From positions 1,120,001-1,184,000 of the forward strand of contig CAXXLV010000002.1 of the NCBI GenBank assembly GCA_963664305.2: a stretch of DNA of 64,000 bases. The letters run 5' to 3'. A program made the translations under genes and the position numbers. The notes under the pieces were generated by a model that was not told where the DNA came from, did no database searches, and worked only from the letters and a program-made list of their open reading frames with translations. This document shows positions 19,260 to 28,981 of the stretch, piece by piece; positions within the stretch are counted from its first letter, which is position 1; the number at the start of each line of letters is the position of its first letter. Origin of the DNA: an uncultured Aliarcobacter sp. (lineage in GTDB: Bacteria > Campylobacterota > Campylobacteria > Campylobacterales > Arcobacteraceae).

Positions 19260-19874
19260 ATAGAAAATTTTTTAAATAATATCCAAGAAGCTGTTTCATA
19301 TATGACTTCTTGGGAAATGTTAGCAGTTTTTTTATCAATTGCGTATCTAATACTTGCTATAAAACAAAATCTTTGGTGTTGGGCTGCTGCATTTTTTAGT
19401 ACATTGATTTATAGTATTTTGTTTTTTGATGCTTCACTTTTGATGGATAGTTTTTTAAATATTTTTTATCTAATAATGGCTCTTTATGGTTGGTATTCTT
19501 GGAAATTTGGAAATATAACCCAAATAGAAAAAGAACTTGAAATAAGCAGTTATAGTTTTTCTAAAAATATAAAAATCATTCTTTCTTTGACTATTATCTC
19601 TTTATGTTTGGGATATTATATGGCAAATTATACAAGAGCTGATTTTGCATATTTAGATACATTTACAACTGTTTTTGCTGTTTTTGCAACATATATGCTT
19701 ACAAAAAAAGTATTAGAAAATTGGCTTTATTGGGTTGTTATTGATGCTGTTTCAATTTATATTTATATAAATAAAGGTTTTTATTTAACAGCTGTTTTAT
19801 TTTTTATTTATACTGTTATTGCGTTGATTGCATATAGACAATGGAAAAAAGAGTATTTAAGTTTTGACTATTGA
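19260..19874 (+). CDS. pnuC: PnuC-family vitamin transporter (first ATG at 19302; probable ATA start at 19260)
   Basis: YGWYSW, YLDTFTT, LENWLYWVVIDAVSI; multiple TMs. Confidence 0.88.
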   Translation: MENFLNNIQEAVSYMTSWEMLAVFLSIAYLILAIKQNLWCWAAAFFSTLIYSILFFDASLLMDSFLNIFYLIMALYGWYSWKFGNITQIEKELEISSYSFSKNIKIILSLTIISLCLGYYMANYTRADFAYLDTFTTVFAVFATYMLTKKVLENWLYWVVIDAVSIYIYINKGFYLTAVLFFIYTVIALIAYRQWKKEYLSFDY

Positions 19875-20622
19875 AAAATTAGAAACATATAATATTTTTG
19901 AAGAAAAATTATTAAGCCTTGAATTATTAAAAAATCAAGGTTTTAATAATATAAGTTATCTTTTAAAAACATCTAATAAATCATATGTAATAAGAGTTTT
20001 TAAATCAAATAGTAGTGTAAATATTAGTAGAGAATTTGAATTTAAAATACAAAAACTTGCTTTTAAACAAAATATCTGTTCTAAACCTATTTTTTTAAAT
20101 GAAAAATTTATGGTTTACGAATATCAAAGAGGTTTTCATAAAACAAAATTAAAATCTCACGAACTTAAAATTCTTGTTTTAAAAATAAAAAAATTACATC
20201 AAATCAAAGAAAAAACTAATCCTTATGATATAAAAAAAGATTTATTAAACTATAAAAAAGTTGTTGAAAATGAAAAACTAATAAGAGAGACATTTAAAAA
20301 CCTAAATCTTCTAAAAAAATATAAAAAAGAGTTAGTTCTAAGTCATCATGACCTAAATCCTAAAAATATAATTTTTAAAAATAAAGAGATAAAAATAATA
20401 GACTGGGAATATGTTGGAACAAATGACAGATTTTTTGATTTGGCTTCTATTTGTATAGAATTTTCTTTGAACAAAAAAGAAGAAGAATTTTTATTAAAAA
20501 CATATTTTAAAGTTCTTAATAAAACCCATCAAAAAAAGATAGAGTCTTACAAAATAATTTATAAAAACCTTTGTAGTTTATGGTTTATAAATTATCTTCT
20601 TCCTATTAATGTTGTAGATTGA
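19864..20622 (+). CDS. Choline/thiamine kinase-like phosphotransferase (APH superfamily)
   Basis: QGFNN, HHDLNPKNI, IIDWEY, FFDLA; overlaps the pnuC stop. Confidence 0.85.
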   Translation: MTIEKLETYNIFEEKLLSLELLKNQGFNNISYLLKTSNKSYVIRVFKSNSSVNISREFEFKIQKLAFKQNICSKPIFLNEKFMVYEYQRGFHKTKLKSHELKILVLKIKKLHQIKEKTNPYDIKKDLLNYKKVVENEKLIRETFKNLNLLKKYKKELVLSHHDLNPKNIIFKNKEIKIIDWEYVGTNDRFFDLASICIEFSLNKKEEEFLLKTYFKVLNKTHQKKIESYKIIYKNLCSLWFINYLLPINVVD

Positions 20623-21686
20623 AACTCTTCAAATCTTTTTTCTTGAACATATAATTTCTCTAATAAAACACTATTTTGTTTTCTTAAATTATATATTTCC
20701 ATCAAAAGCTTTTGATTATTTACAACATTTGCATCAAGTTCTCTTTGCAGAGATTTAGATAAATTTACTTCTTGTTGTAAATTTCCAACTAATTCTAAAT
20801 TTGATTGATTTTCTTTTTTCAATTCTTGATATGCTTTGAAATTTTCTGATTTTAATATCAAAATATGTTTTTTCAATGCTAATATCTCATTTTCATATTT
20901 TGAAATCAATGTTGCAAATTCAATAAATTTTTTTATCTTTCCATTATTATGATAAATTGGTAAAATTGTTGAATGTGTATAATAAAAATTTCCCTCTTTT
21001 GAAACTTTTTTACTAAGACCCACCCAAGTATTACCTCTTAGTAAACTATCTTGAATCTTTGCTCCATGAGTATCAGCAGAACACAACATACTCTTATCAC
21101 TGATATTTTTACCAATAACTTCATTTAATTCATAACCAGAATTTGATAAAAAAGCATCATTTGCAGATGTAATGTTAAATTCCAAATCAAGTTCACAAAT
21201 TATGTTATATGAGTCTAAAATAGAGATAAATTGTTTTAATTCATTATCTTTTCTTGCTAACTCTTTTTTCTGTTCTTTTACTTCCATAAGTTGAGAAATG
21301 ATTTTTAGCGTTGTATTTAATTGCATTGGTTTTACAATATAATTTGTGATATTGTATTTGATAGATTTTAATAAAGATTCTACTTCAGTAAATGCAGCAA
21401 CAATCAAAATTGGTATATCCCAATCGATTTTTCTAATCTCTTCTAATAATTCAATTCCAGTTGAATTTGGTAAATTTATATCTAATAAAATAATATCTAT
21501 TTCAGATCTATTTTCAAGAAAAACATTTAACCCTTCTTCTTTATCTTTTGCAATTAAAACCTTTTTAAAAAAAACTGCAAAAATCTCTGAAGCTTCTCTT
21601 CTAGATATCTCTTCATTTTCGATATATAAAAGTCTAGCTCTTTCCAAAAAGGCTTTATCAAAACTACATTTTAGTGATTGAGACAT
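20592..21686 (-). CDS. Response regulator with PAS domain and C-terminal coiled coil
   Basis: Receiver 'LLDINLP...YIVKP' and PAS 'ANDAFLSNSGYELNEVIGKN...W.G...KEGNFY'. AGGAG SD before ATG 21686. Confidence 0.82.
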   Translation of the reverse strand: MSQSLKCSFDKAFLERARLLYIENEEISRREASEIFAVFFKKVLIAKDKEEGLNVFLENRSEIDIILLDINLPNSTGIELLEEIRKIDWDIPILIVAAFTEVESLLKSIKYNITNYIVKPMQLNTTLKIISQLMEVKEQKKELARKDNELKQFISILDSYNIICELDLEFNITSANDAFLSNSGYELNEVIGKNISDKSMLCSADTHGAKIQDSLLRGNTWVGLSKKVSKEGNFYYTHSTILPIYHNNGKIKKFIEFATLISKYENEILALKKHILILKSENFKAYQELKKENQSNLELVGNLQQEVNLSKSLQRELDANVVNNQKLLMEIYNLRKQNSVLLEKLYVQEKRFEEFQSTTLIGRR

Positions 21687-21912
21687 TCTTCTACTCCTTA
21701 CACCCAGCAAAATTCTATTTAAAAATCTTTTAATTAAAACTTATAAAAATTAGTTTTGATAATCTTTATCAAAAAATTTAATAATAAAAAAATAACTTAA
21801 TAATCTAGTTGTTTATAAACACAAACTAATAAAATAATTTTTATTTTTTATAAATAATCGTATATAAAAAATTATTTTTTTGATATAATAATTTAATTTA
21901 ATAATAAAAAAG

Positions 21913-23220
21913 ATGACTATGAAAAATAAAAACTTTCTTATATATTTTACAGTTACAATAATCTTTTGTTTTACGCTATTTATTATTAAATACATAAATG
22001 ATACAAGAAATGATTATCAAAAAATCTCAGAAAAAATATTATATCAACAAGCATCAACTCTTTTTAATAATATTGTAACTTTAAGAAAGTGGAATTCAGA
22101 CCATGGAGCTCTATATGTAAAAGCTCATGATGGACTTGAACCAAATCCGTACTTACCAAATAATCATACTTATACAAAAGATGATGAACTTTTAATCAAA
22201 ATAAATCCTGCTTGGATGACAAGACAAATTTCTGAAATATCAAATGCGAAAGAAGATTACTATTTTAAAATAACAAGTTTAAATCCTATAAATCCTAAAA
22301 ATACTCCTGATGAATTTGAGCAAAGAGCACTTAAATATTTAGAAAAAAATAAAAATGATTTATTTTATTCAAGTATTGGAAATGAGAAATATGATTTTAT
22401 GGGTCCATTAAAAGTTGAACCATCTTGTTTAAATTGTCATACAAATCAAAACTATAAGGTTGGAGATGTTATTGGAGGATTAAGAGTTAGTATTCCAATT
22501 GACCATTATAAAGAAAATGTTGAGATAGTTGATTCAAAAACAAATATTTTATATTTTGTAACTTTCTTCACTTCTATTGTATTTATACTTATTATCACTT
22601 TTACAATTCACTCTATCTACACAAGAGAATTTAATATTATGAAACTAAATAAAACTCTTGAAAGTAAAGTAAATCAAAGAACTAAAGAGTTAAGAAGAGC
22701 AAATAAGAAGTTATTAGAAATATCAACTACTGATTATTTAACAAACATATCAAATAGAAGACATTTCTTTGAAATAGGAGTAAAAGCTTTTCATTTGGCA
22801 AAAAGAGAAAACAAACCTCTTTCTATTATCTGTATAGATGTAGATTTTTTCAAACAAATAAATGACAATTATGGTCACGATATTGGTGATGAAATTTTAA
22901 AGCTAATCTCTTCATGTATGGTAAAAAATGTTAGAAAATCAGATATTGTTGCAAGAACTGGAGGGGAAGAGTTTTCTATTTTATTAAATAATTCAGATGA
23001 GAGCAATGCTTTTATAATTGCTGAAAAACTAAGAACTTGCGTTGAAAATGCAACTTATATAAAAGATGAATTAAAAGTAAAAGTTACAATCAGTTTAGGA
23101 ATTAGCCAATCAAAAGAAGAAGATGAAGATTTAGACTCAATTATTTCAAGAGCAGATAGAGCACTTTATATTGCTAAAAAAGATAGTAGAAATAAAAGTG
23201 TCATATATCAATATAGTTAA
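21913..23220 (+). CDS. Diguanylate cyclase with periplasmic c-type heme sensor (DUF3365/Tll0287-like)
   Basis: INPAWMTRQ, PDEFE, CLNCH; DFFKQINDNYGH, RKSD I-site, GGEEF. Confidence 0.92.
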   Translation: MTMKNKNFLIYFTVTIIFCFTLFIIKYINDTRNDYQKISEKILYQQASTLFNNIVTLRKWNSDHGALYVKAHDGLEPNPYLPNNHTYTKDDELLIKINPAWMTRQISEISNAKEDYYFKITSLNPINPKNTPDEFEQRALKYLEKNKNDLFYSSIGNEKYDFMGPLKVEPSCLNCHTNQNYKVGDVIGGLRVSIPIDHYKENVEIVDSKTNILYFVTFFTSIVFILIITFTIHSIYTREFNIMKLNKTLESKVNQRTKELRRANKKLLEISTTDYLTNISNRRHFFEIGVKAFHLAKRENKPLSIICIDVDFFKQINDNYGHDIGDEILKLISSCMVKNVRKSDIVARTGGEEFSILLNNSDESNAFIIAEKLRTCVENATYIKDELKVKVTISLGISQSKEEDEDLDSIISRADRALYIAKKDSRNKSVIYQYS

Positions 23221-23264
23221 AAATTATCTTCATTAATTAAAAACTTTTTAGATACAATCCCAAA

Positions 23265-25115
23265 ATGAATTTACAAGACAAACTTAAACAACTTCCCAAT
23301 GACGCTGGTGTTTATCAATATTTTGATAAAGAGGGTCATTTACTTTATATTGGAAAAGCAAAAGTTCTAAAAAACAGAGTTAAATCATATTTTAAATTTG
23401 TGCCAAAACTATTACCTGCTGATAAATTGAGTCCAAGAATTTATAAAATGATTAGTGAAGTTGTATCTCTTGAGTGGATTGTTGTTCCAAATGAACATGA
23501 TGCACTTATTTTAGAAAATTCATTAATTAAACAGTTAAAACCAAAATATAATATTTTACTTCGTGATGATAAAACATATCCATATATTTTTATTGATTAT
23601 AATGAAGATTTTCCAAGACTTGAAATCACAAGAAAAGTTTATAAAGAAAAAAATATTAAATATTTTGGACCATATTCAACTGGTGCAAAAGATATGCTTG
23701 ATAGTATTTATGAAATTGTTCCACTAGTTCAAAAAAAGTCTTGTGTAAAAGGTAAAAAAGCTTGTCTTTTCCATCAAATACAAAAGTGTTTAGCTCCTTG
23801 CGAAAATAAAATTTCAAAAGAAGAGTATTCAAAACTTGTAGAAAATGCTTTAGAATATATTTACAATAAATCAAAACTTATTTCAAAACTAAATGAAAAA
23901 ATGATTTCTTATTCAAATGATTTTAGATTTGAAGAAGCAATGACATTAAGAGATAGAATAAAAACAATAGAAAAATCTCAGATAAAATCAGGAATAGATT
24001 TAGCTACAAATGAAGATATTGATATCTTTGCAATAACTGCAAATAGTAAAAAAGCTGTGATTGTACGAATGTTTTTAAGAGATGGGAAAATGACCTCTTC
24101 AAGTCATGACTTTTTAAAAGTTGAAAATTTTGATGAAGAATTTGATTTTGATTTTGAGGAAGCTTATAAAAGAGCAATTATTAACTACTATGATAATGAA
24201 ATTCCTCTTTTACCAAAAGAGATTTTAATTGGTCATGAACTTGAAGATATAAGTGAAATTGAAGAGTTTTTATATACAAGATTTAATAAAAAGATAAAAA
24301 TATTAAATCCTAAAAAAGATAAGAAAAAAGATATTATTCAAATTGCATTTAGTAACTGTGATGAGCTTTTACGATTGGAATCAACAAAAAATCCAACAAC
24401 AATTTATGAAGAGTTAAAAGAGTTATTTAATCTTCAAACTCTTCCTTATATCATAGAGAGTTTTGATAATTCACATATGATGGGACAAGCAACAGTTGGA
24501 GCTATGATAGTTTGGAATGAATCTTTAAATTCATTTGATAAAAAGGCTTTTAGACACTATAATCTTGAATCAAAAGATGAATACTCACAAATGAGAGAAA
24601 TGTTAATAAGAAGAGTTGAAAGTTTTGAAAAAAATCCAGCGCCTGATTTATGGATAATTGATGGTGGAGAAACCCTTTTAAAACTTGCATACGACATAGT
24701 ACAATCTGTTGGAGTAAATCTTGATATAATTGCAATTGCAAAAGAAAAAGTTGATTCAAAAGCACACAGAGCAAAAGGTGCAGCAAAAGATATCATTCAC
24801 TATAGAGATAAAAATGGTGAATTTAAAAATTTTAAATTATCTACAAGTGATAGAAGACTACAATTCGTCCAAAGACAAAGAGATGAAGCACATAGATTTG
24901 TAATCAATTTCCACAAAAAACAAAAAAGAGCAGAAGATAAACAAATCTCTCTTTTACAAATCAAAGGAATTGGTGAAGCAAAAATCAAAAAACTTCTTTT
25001 ATATTTTGGAGAATTTGAAAAAATCAAAAACGCATCTTTAGAAGAATTGAAAAATGTATTAAATGAAAAAGATGCAAATTTACTAAAAAATTATTTTATT
25101 ATTCCAAAGGATTAA
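23265..25115 (+). CDS. uvrC: Excinuclease ABC subunit C
   Basis: GVY...[30 protein letters not shown], HhH. Confidence 0.97.
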   Translation: MNLQDKLKQLPNDAGVYQYFDKEGHLLYIGKAKVLKNRVKSYFKFVPKLLPADKLSPRIYKMISEVVSLEWIVVPNEHDALILENSLIKQLKPKYNILLRDDKTYPYIFIDYNEDFPRLEITRKVYKEKNIKYFGPYSTGAKDMLDSIYEIVPLVQKKSCVKGKKACLFHQIQKCLAPCENKISKEEYSKLVENALEYIYNKSKLISKLNEKMISYSNDFRFEEAMTLRDRIKTIEKSQIKSGIDLATNEDIDIFAITANSKKAVIVRMFLRDGKMTSSSHDFLKVENFDEEFDFDFEEAYKRAIINYYDNEIPLLPKEILIGHELEDISEIEEFLYTRFNKKIKILNPKKDKKKDIIQIAFSNCDELLRLESTKNPTTIYEELKELFNLQTLPYIIESFDNSHMMGQATVGAMIVWNESLNSFDKKAFRHYNLESKDEYSQMREMLIRRVESFEKNPAPDLWIIDGGETLLKLAYDIVQSVGVNLDIIAIAKEKVDSKAHRAKGAAKDIIHYRDKNGEFKNFKLSTSDRRLQFVQRQRDEAHRFVINFHKKQKRAEDKQISLLQIKGIGEAKIKKLLLYFGEFEKIKNASLEELKNVLNEKDANLLKNYFIIPKD

Positions 25116-25117
25116 TT

Positions 25118-26140
25118 TTGGCAAAAATTTTACTAAACAAAGAAAATCTATTTTACAATTTTGATGTTATTTCAAATAAAACAGGTTCAAAAGAAAAGGT
25201 CGCTGTTGTATTAAAAGATAACGCTTATGGACATGGATTAGTTGAAATCGGAACACTTGCAAGTGAATATGGAATTAAAAAAGCGGTTGTTAGAACAATA
25301 GATGATGCACTAAAAATTGAAAAATTATTTGACTATATTTTAATCCTTGCAGAGAAATCTATTCACACTTATTCACATACTTTTCACATAGCTTTAAATA
25401 GCTTAGAAGATATTGAAAAATTACCTAAAAATATAAATGTTCACATAAAAGTTGATACTGGAATGCATCGAAATGGAATTTTACCTGAACAATTAGAAGA
25501 GGCTTTTTTAGGGCTTTCTAGAAGAGAAATTAATGTTACAGGTGTATTCACACACCATAAAGGTGCAGATGAACTATCAACAAATTTCTTCTGGCAAAAA
25601 GCCGTTTTTTCTAGTGTTAAAGAGAATGTGAAAAAAATATGTGAACAACTTTCATTACCTATTCCAGCTTTCCATTCTTGTAATTCAGCAGCACTTTTTA
25701 GAACATCAAATTTTGATGAAAGCTTTGCAAGAGTAGGAATTGCAACTTATGGATATTTGGATAATGCAGATATTTTTAAATTTCCAAAATTAAAACCTGT
25801 AATGTCACTTTGGGCAAATAGATTATCTTCTAGAATTTTGAAAAAAGGACAAAGCACTGGTTATGGTGGAAAATACATAGCGGAAGAAAATATCGTTATT
25901 TCTACATATGATGTTGGTTACGGAGATGGTTTTTTAAGATTAAATGAAAGAAAAACTTATACTACGCCAAAAGGTTATAAAGTTTTAGGAAGAGTATCAA
26001 TGGATAATTTGTGTTTAAATACAGATGATGAAAAAGTTTGTATTTTTGATGATGTAAATGCTTTAGCAAAAGTTCATGATACAATTACTTATGAAATCAC
26101 AACTACACTAAATCCAACTATAGAAAAAGAGATAGTATGA
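25118..26140 (+). CDS. alr: Alanine racemase
   Basis: [34 protein letters not shown]. Confidence 0.96.
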   Translation: MAKILLNKENLFYNFDVISNKTGSKEKVAVVLKDNAYGHGLVEIGTLASEYGIKKAVVRTIDDALKIEKLFDYILILAEKSIHTYSHTFHIALNSLEDIEKLPKNINVHIKVDTGMHRNGILPEQLEEAFLGLSRREINVTGVFTHHKGADELSTNFFWQKAVFSSVKENVKKICEQLSLPIPAFHSCNSAALFRTSNFDESFARVGIATYGYLDNADIFKFPKLKPVMSLWANRLSSRILKKGQSTGYGGKYIAEENIVISTYDVGYGDGFLRLNERKTYTTPKGYKVLGRVSMDNLCLNTDDEKVCIFDDVNALAKVHDTITYEITTTLNPTIEKEIV

Positions 26141-26805
26141 AAAAATTAGTTCTTTCACTTTTTGTTTTAGTAACTCTTTCAAATGCAATGACATTTGAAG
26201 AAGTTTATACTATTCATAAAGTGCAAGGAACTATGAAAGCTCTTAGTTACTACAAAGATTTAGAAAATGAAAATAATCCTAAAGCTATACATGAATTGGG
26301 TTTAATTTATCTAAAAGGTGACGGTATTGCAAAAAACGTTACTAAAGCTTTTGAATATTTTACAAAAGCTTCCGATTTAGGTAATCTAGAATCTACTTAT
26401 GTTTTAGGAAAAATTCATCTTTCAAAATCAACTGCATATTATAATCTAGTAAAAGCTTACAACAACTTTGTAGAAGCAGCAAATAAAGGTCATGCAAAAT
26501 CTCAGATGATGATAGCAAGATTTTTTTTGATGGGTGAAATTGTAGATAAAGATTATGAAAAAGCTTTACACTACTTCAAACTAGCTTCAAAACAAAAAGA
26601 GTATGAAGCTAACTGTTATATTGCATATATGTATGCAGCAGGAATGGGCGTTTTTCCAAACTTTGGAAGAGCCCATGTTTTTGCAAAAGATGGATTTGAA
26701 AAAAAAGATAAACTTTGTATAAAAGTTTGGAATGATTATAACTTAGGAAAATATCCAAAAGATGATGGCTTTAAAATTGGTGATTATAATGAACCAATCA
26801 AATAA
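26137..26805 (+). CDS. Secreted Sel1-like (SLR) repeat protein
   Basis: Signal peptide; '[29 protein letters not shown]'-type repeats. Confidence 0.88.
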   Translation: MKKLVLSLFVLVTLSNAMTFEEVYTIHKVQGTMKALSYYKDLENENNPKAIHELGLIYLKGDGIAKNVTKAFEYFTKASDLGNLESTYVLGKIHLSKSTAYYNLVKAYNNFVEAANKGHAKSQMMIARFFLMGEIVDKDYEKALHYFKLASKQKEYEANCYIAYMYAAGMGVFPNFGRAHVFAKDGFEKKDKLCIKVWNDYNLGKYPKDDGFKIGDYNEPIK

Positions 26806-26806
26806 A

Positions 26807-27568
26807 CTATAAACTTACATCTTTTAAAATAAACTCTTTTTTATTTTTTTCACAAAACTCAATAAATAGTTGAAAATATTTATCAACCTCATTTTTATTA
26901 TATCCAGCAAGACTAATTACAACTTTTCTTTTATCTCCTATTATTTTAGGTAATGATGAAAAATCAAGATGTGAAGGAATTTTTTTCATAGTATCAATCA
27001 AATCATTTTCACTTGTTTCTATAGTCATAGTATTTCTATATTTTTCAAGATTTGATTTAGAATAATGTTTATCTAAAGCTTCTATAACCATTGCTTGACT
27101 CATAGATGGAAAACCTGGAGTGAAAAAAAATCTATCTTCAAGATAAAATCCAGCTACGTTATTTACAACATTTGTAAGAAGTTTTGCATTTAGTGGTAAA
27201 TATGCCATGTTTATCCTATGTGGATAAGCTTCTTCTTTAAATTGGTTTATAATTCTTTGCTTTGCCTCTTCATGAAATTCCATTTTTCCATTTGTAAATG
27301 CCTTTGCAGCTACAACTCTAGTATAATCGTCAGGAGTTGCTCCAATTCCACCAAAACAAAACATAACAGAATTTGAGTCAGATTTTATAAGATTAAAAAT
27401 ATCGAACATAAGTTTTTGGTCATCTTCTATTACAAAAGAGCCTTTTTGTTCCCAACCTCTTTTTAAAAGTTGTTCGTTTAAGAAAGAAAAATGGGCATCT
27501 TTACGACGTCCATTTAATAATTCAGTACCAATAATTACTGAATAAAAATTAATTTTTTGAGTACTCAT
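26807..27568 (-). CDS. CinA-like / molybdopterin-binding domain protein
   Basis: IIGTELLNGRRKD, GGIGATPDDYT, PGFP. Confidence 0.88.
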   Translation of the reverse strand: MSTQKINFYSVIIGTELLNGRRKDAHFSFLNEQLLKRGWEQKGSFVIEDDQKLMFDIFNLIKSDSNSVMFCFGGIGATPDDYTRVVAAKAFTNGKMEFHEEAKQRIINQFKEEAYPHRINMAYLPLNAKLLTNVVNNVAGFYLEDRFFFTPGFPSMSQAMVIEALDKHYSKSNLEKYRNTMTIETSENDLIDTMKKIPSHLDFSSLPKIIGDKRKVVISLAGYNKNEVDKYFQLFIEFCEKNKKEFILKDVSL

Positions 27569-28137
27569 TAAATTCTCGATTGTATAAATGCATCCATTTC
27601 ATCTACAATTTCTTTAATAGTGCCTTCTCCATTTATTACTTTTAATAAATCTTTTTTTGAATAAAATGCTCTAATTTCTTCTAATGGTTCCGCAAAAACT
27701 TTCATTCTATTGTTAAATACTTCAACATTGTCATCAGTTCCCCTTGCACGTCCTAAAACTCTATCTCGTGCCACTTGTTCACTAACTTCAACTTCAATAC
27801 AATTTACCAATTTTACTTCATCTTCATTTGCTAAATATTTATCTAATTCAACCATTTGCTCTATACTTCTTGGATATCCATCAATAATTACAATATCTGT
27901 TGAGGCTTTTTTTATAGCTCCTACGATTGTTTCAATAGCAATATCAATTGGTACAATATTCCCTGCACTAATGTACTTATCAATTATTTGACCTCTTTCA
28001 GAGCCACTTGCAACTTCTGCTCTAAACATATCTCCAGTTGAATAGTGAGTTATAGTAGAATGATTTAGTGCAATTAATTCGGCATCTGTAGTTTTTCCAC
28101 TACCAGGTGCTCCAATAATTAAAAATAATTTTTTCAT
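27568..28137 (-). CDS. adk: Adenylate kinase, short-LID type
   Basis: [31 protein letters not shown]. Confidence 0.92.
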   Translation of the reverse strand: MKKLFLIIGAPGSGKTTDAELIALNHSTITHYSTGDMFRAEVASGSERGQIIDKYISAGNIVPIDIAIETIVGAIKKASTDIVIIDGYPRSIEQMVELDKYLANEDEVKLVNCIEVEVSEQVARDRVLGRARGTDDNVEVFNNRMKVFAEPLEEIRAFYSKKDLLKVINGEGTIKEIVDEMDAFIQSRI

Positions 28138-28265
28138 GTTTACCCTTTATTTACAAGGTGGTAATTGTATCAAAAATCATTTAAATTCTTTATGTATTCT
28201 TTAGACCTTATCTATTATTAAAACCTTTTTCTATACAATACACGAAAAACTAAGGAAAATGAAAC

Positions 28266-28907
28266 ATGAATTTAATGCTATTTGGTGCACCAGGGGCTGG
28301 TAAAGGGACTCAAGCAAAGTTTTTAATAGAAAAATTTAACATTCCACAAATCTCAACAGGTGATATTTTAAGAGCTGCGATTGCTGATAAAACTGAAATG
28401 GGTATGGAAGCAAAGAAATTTATGGATGAAGGAAAATTAGTTCCAGATTCAACTATTATTGGTATTATCAAAGACAGATTAGCTGAAGCTGATTGTAAAG
28501 AAGGTTTTATTCTTGATGGATTCCCAAGAACATTAGCACAAGCTGAAGCTTTAAATGAATTAATGGCAAAAATGGGAATTTCTTTAGATAAAGTTATCTC
28601 TTTAAATGTTCCAGATGAATTAATCGTTGGAAGAATTACAGGAAGAAGAGTATGCTCTAAATGTGGAGCATCTTTCCATGTAGAATTTAATCCATCTAAA
28701 AAAGAAGATGAGTGTGATTACTGTGGTGGTGAATTAATTATCAGAAAAGATGACAATGCAGAAACAGTTATTAGCAGACTTGATGCTTATCACACACAAA
28801 CTGCACCATTAATTGATTTCTATACAAAAATGGGTGTATTTATGGAACTTGATGGAACAAAAGATGTTTCAGAAGTTACAGCTGATATGTTTAACGCTTT
28901 AGCGTAA
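28266..28907 (+). CDS. adk: Adenylate kinase, long Zn-LID type
   Basis: GAPGAGKGTQ, ISTGDILR, LDGFPRT, LID CSKC...CDYC. Confidence 0.96.
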   Translation: MNLMLFGAPGAGKGTQAKFLIEKFNIPQISTGDILRAAIADKTEMGMEAKKFMDEGKLVPDSTIIGIIKDRLAEADCKEGFILDGFPRTLAQAEALNELMAKMGISLDKVISLNVPDELIVGRITGRRVCSKCGASFHVEFNPSKKEDECDYCGGELIIRKDDNAETVISRLDAYHTQTAPLIDFYTKMGVFMELDGTKDVSEVTADMFNALA

Positions 28908-28925
28908 TCTCTTTTTTAAAAAAGT

Positions 28926-28961
28926 AAAAAGGGGCAACTAAAATTAGTTGCCCCTTTTTTT
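28926..28961. terminator. Bidirectional rho-independent terminator
   Basis: aaaaaggggcaactaa-aa-ttagttgccccttttttt. Confidence 0.88.
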
Positions 28962-28981
28962 ATCTAAAATTATTAAAAATC

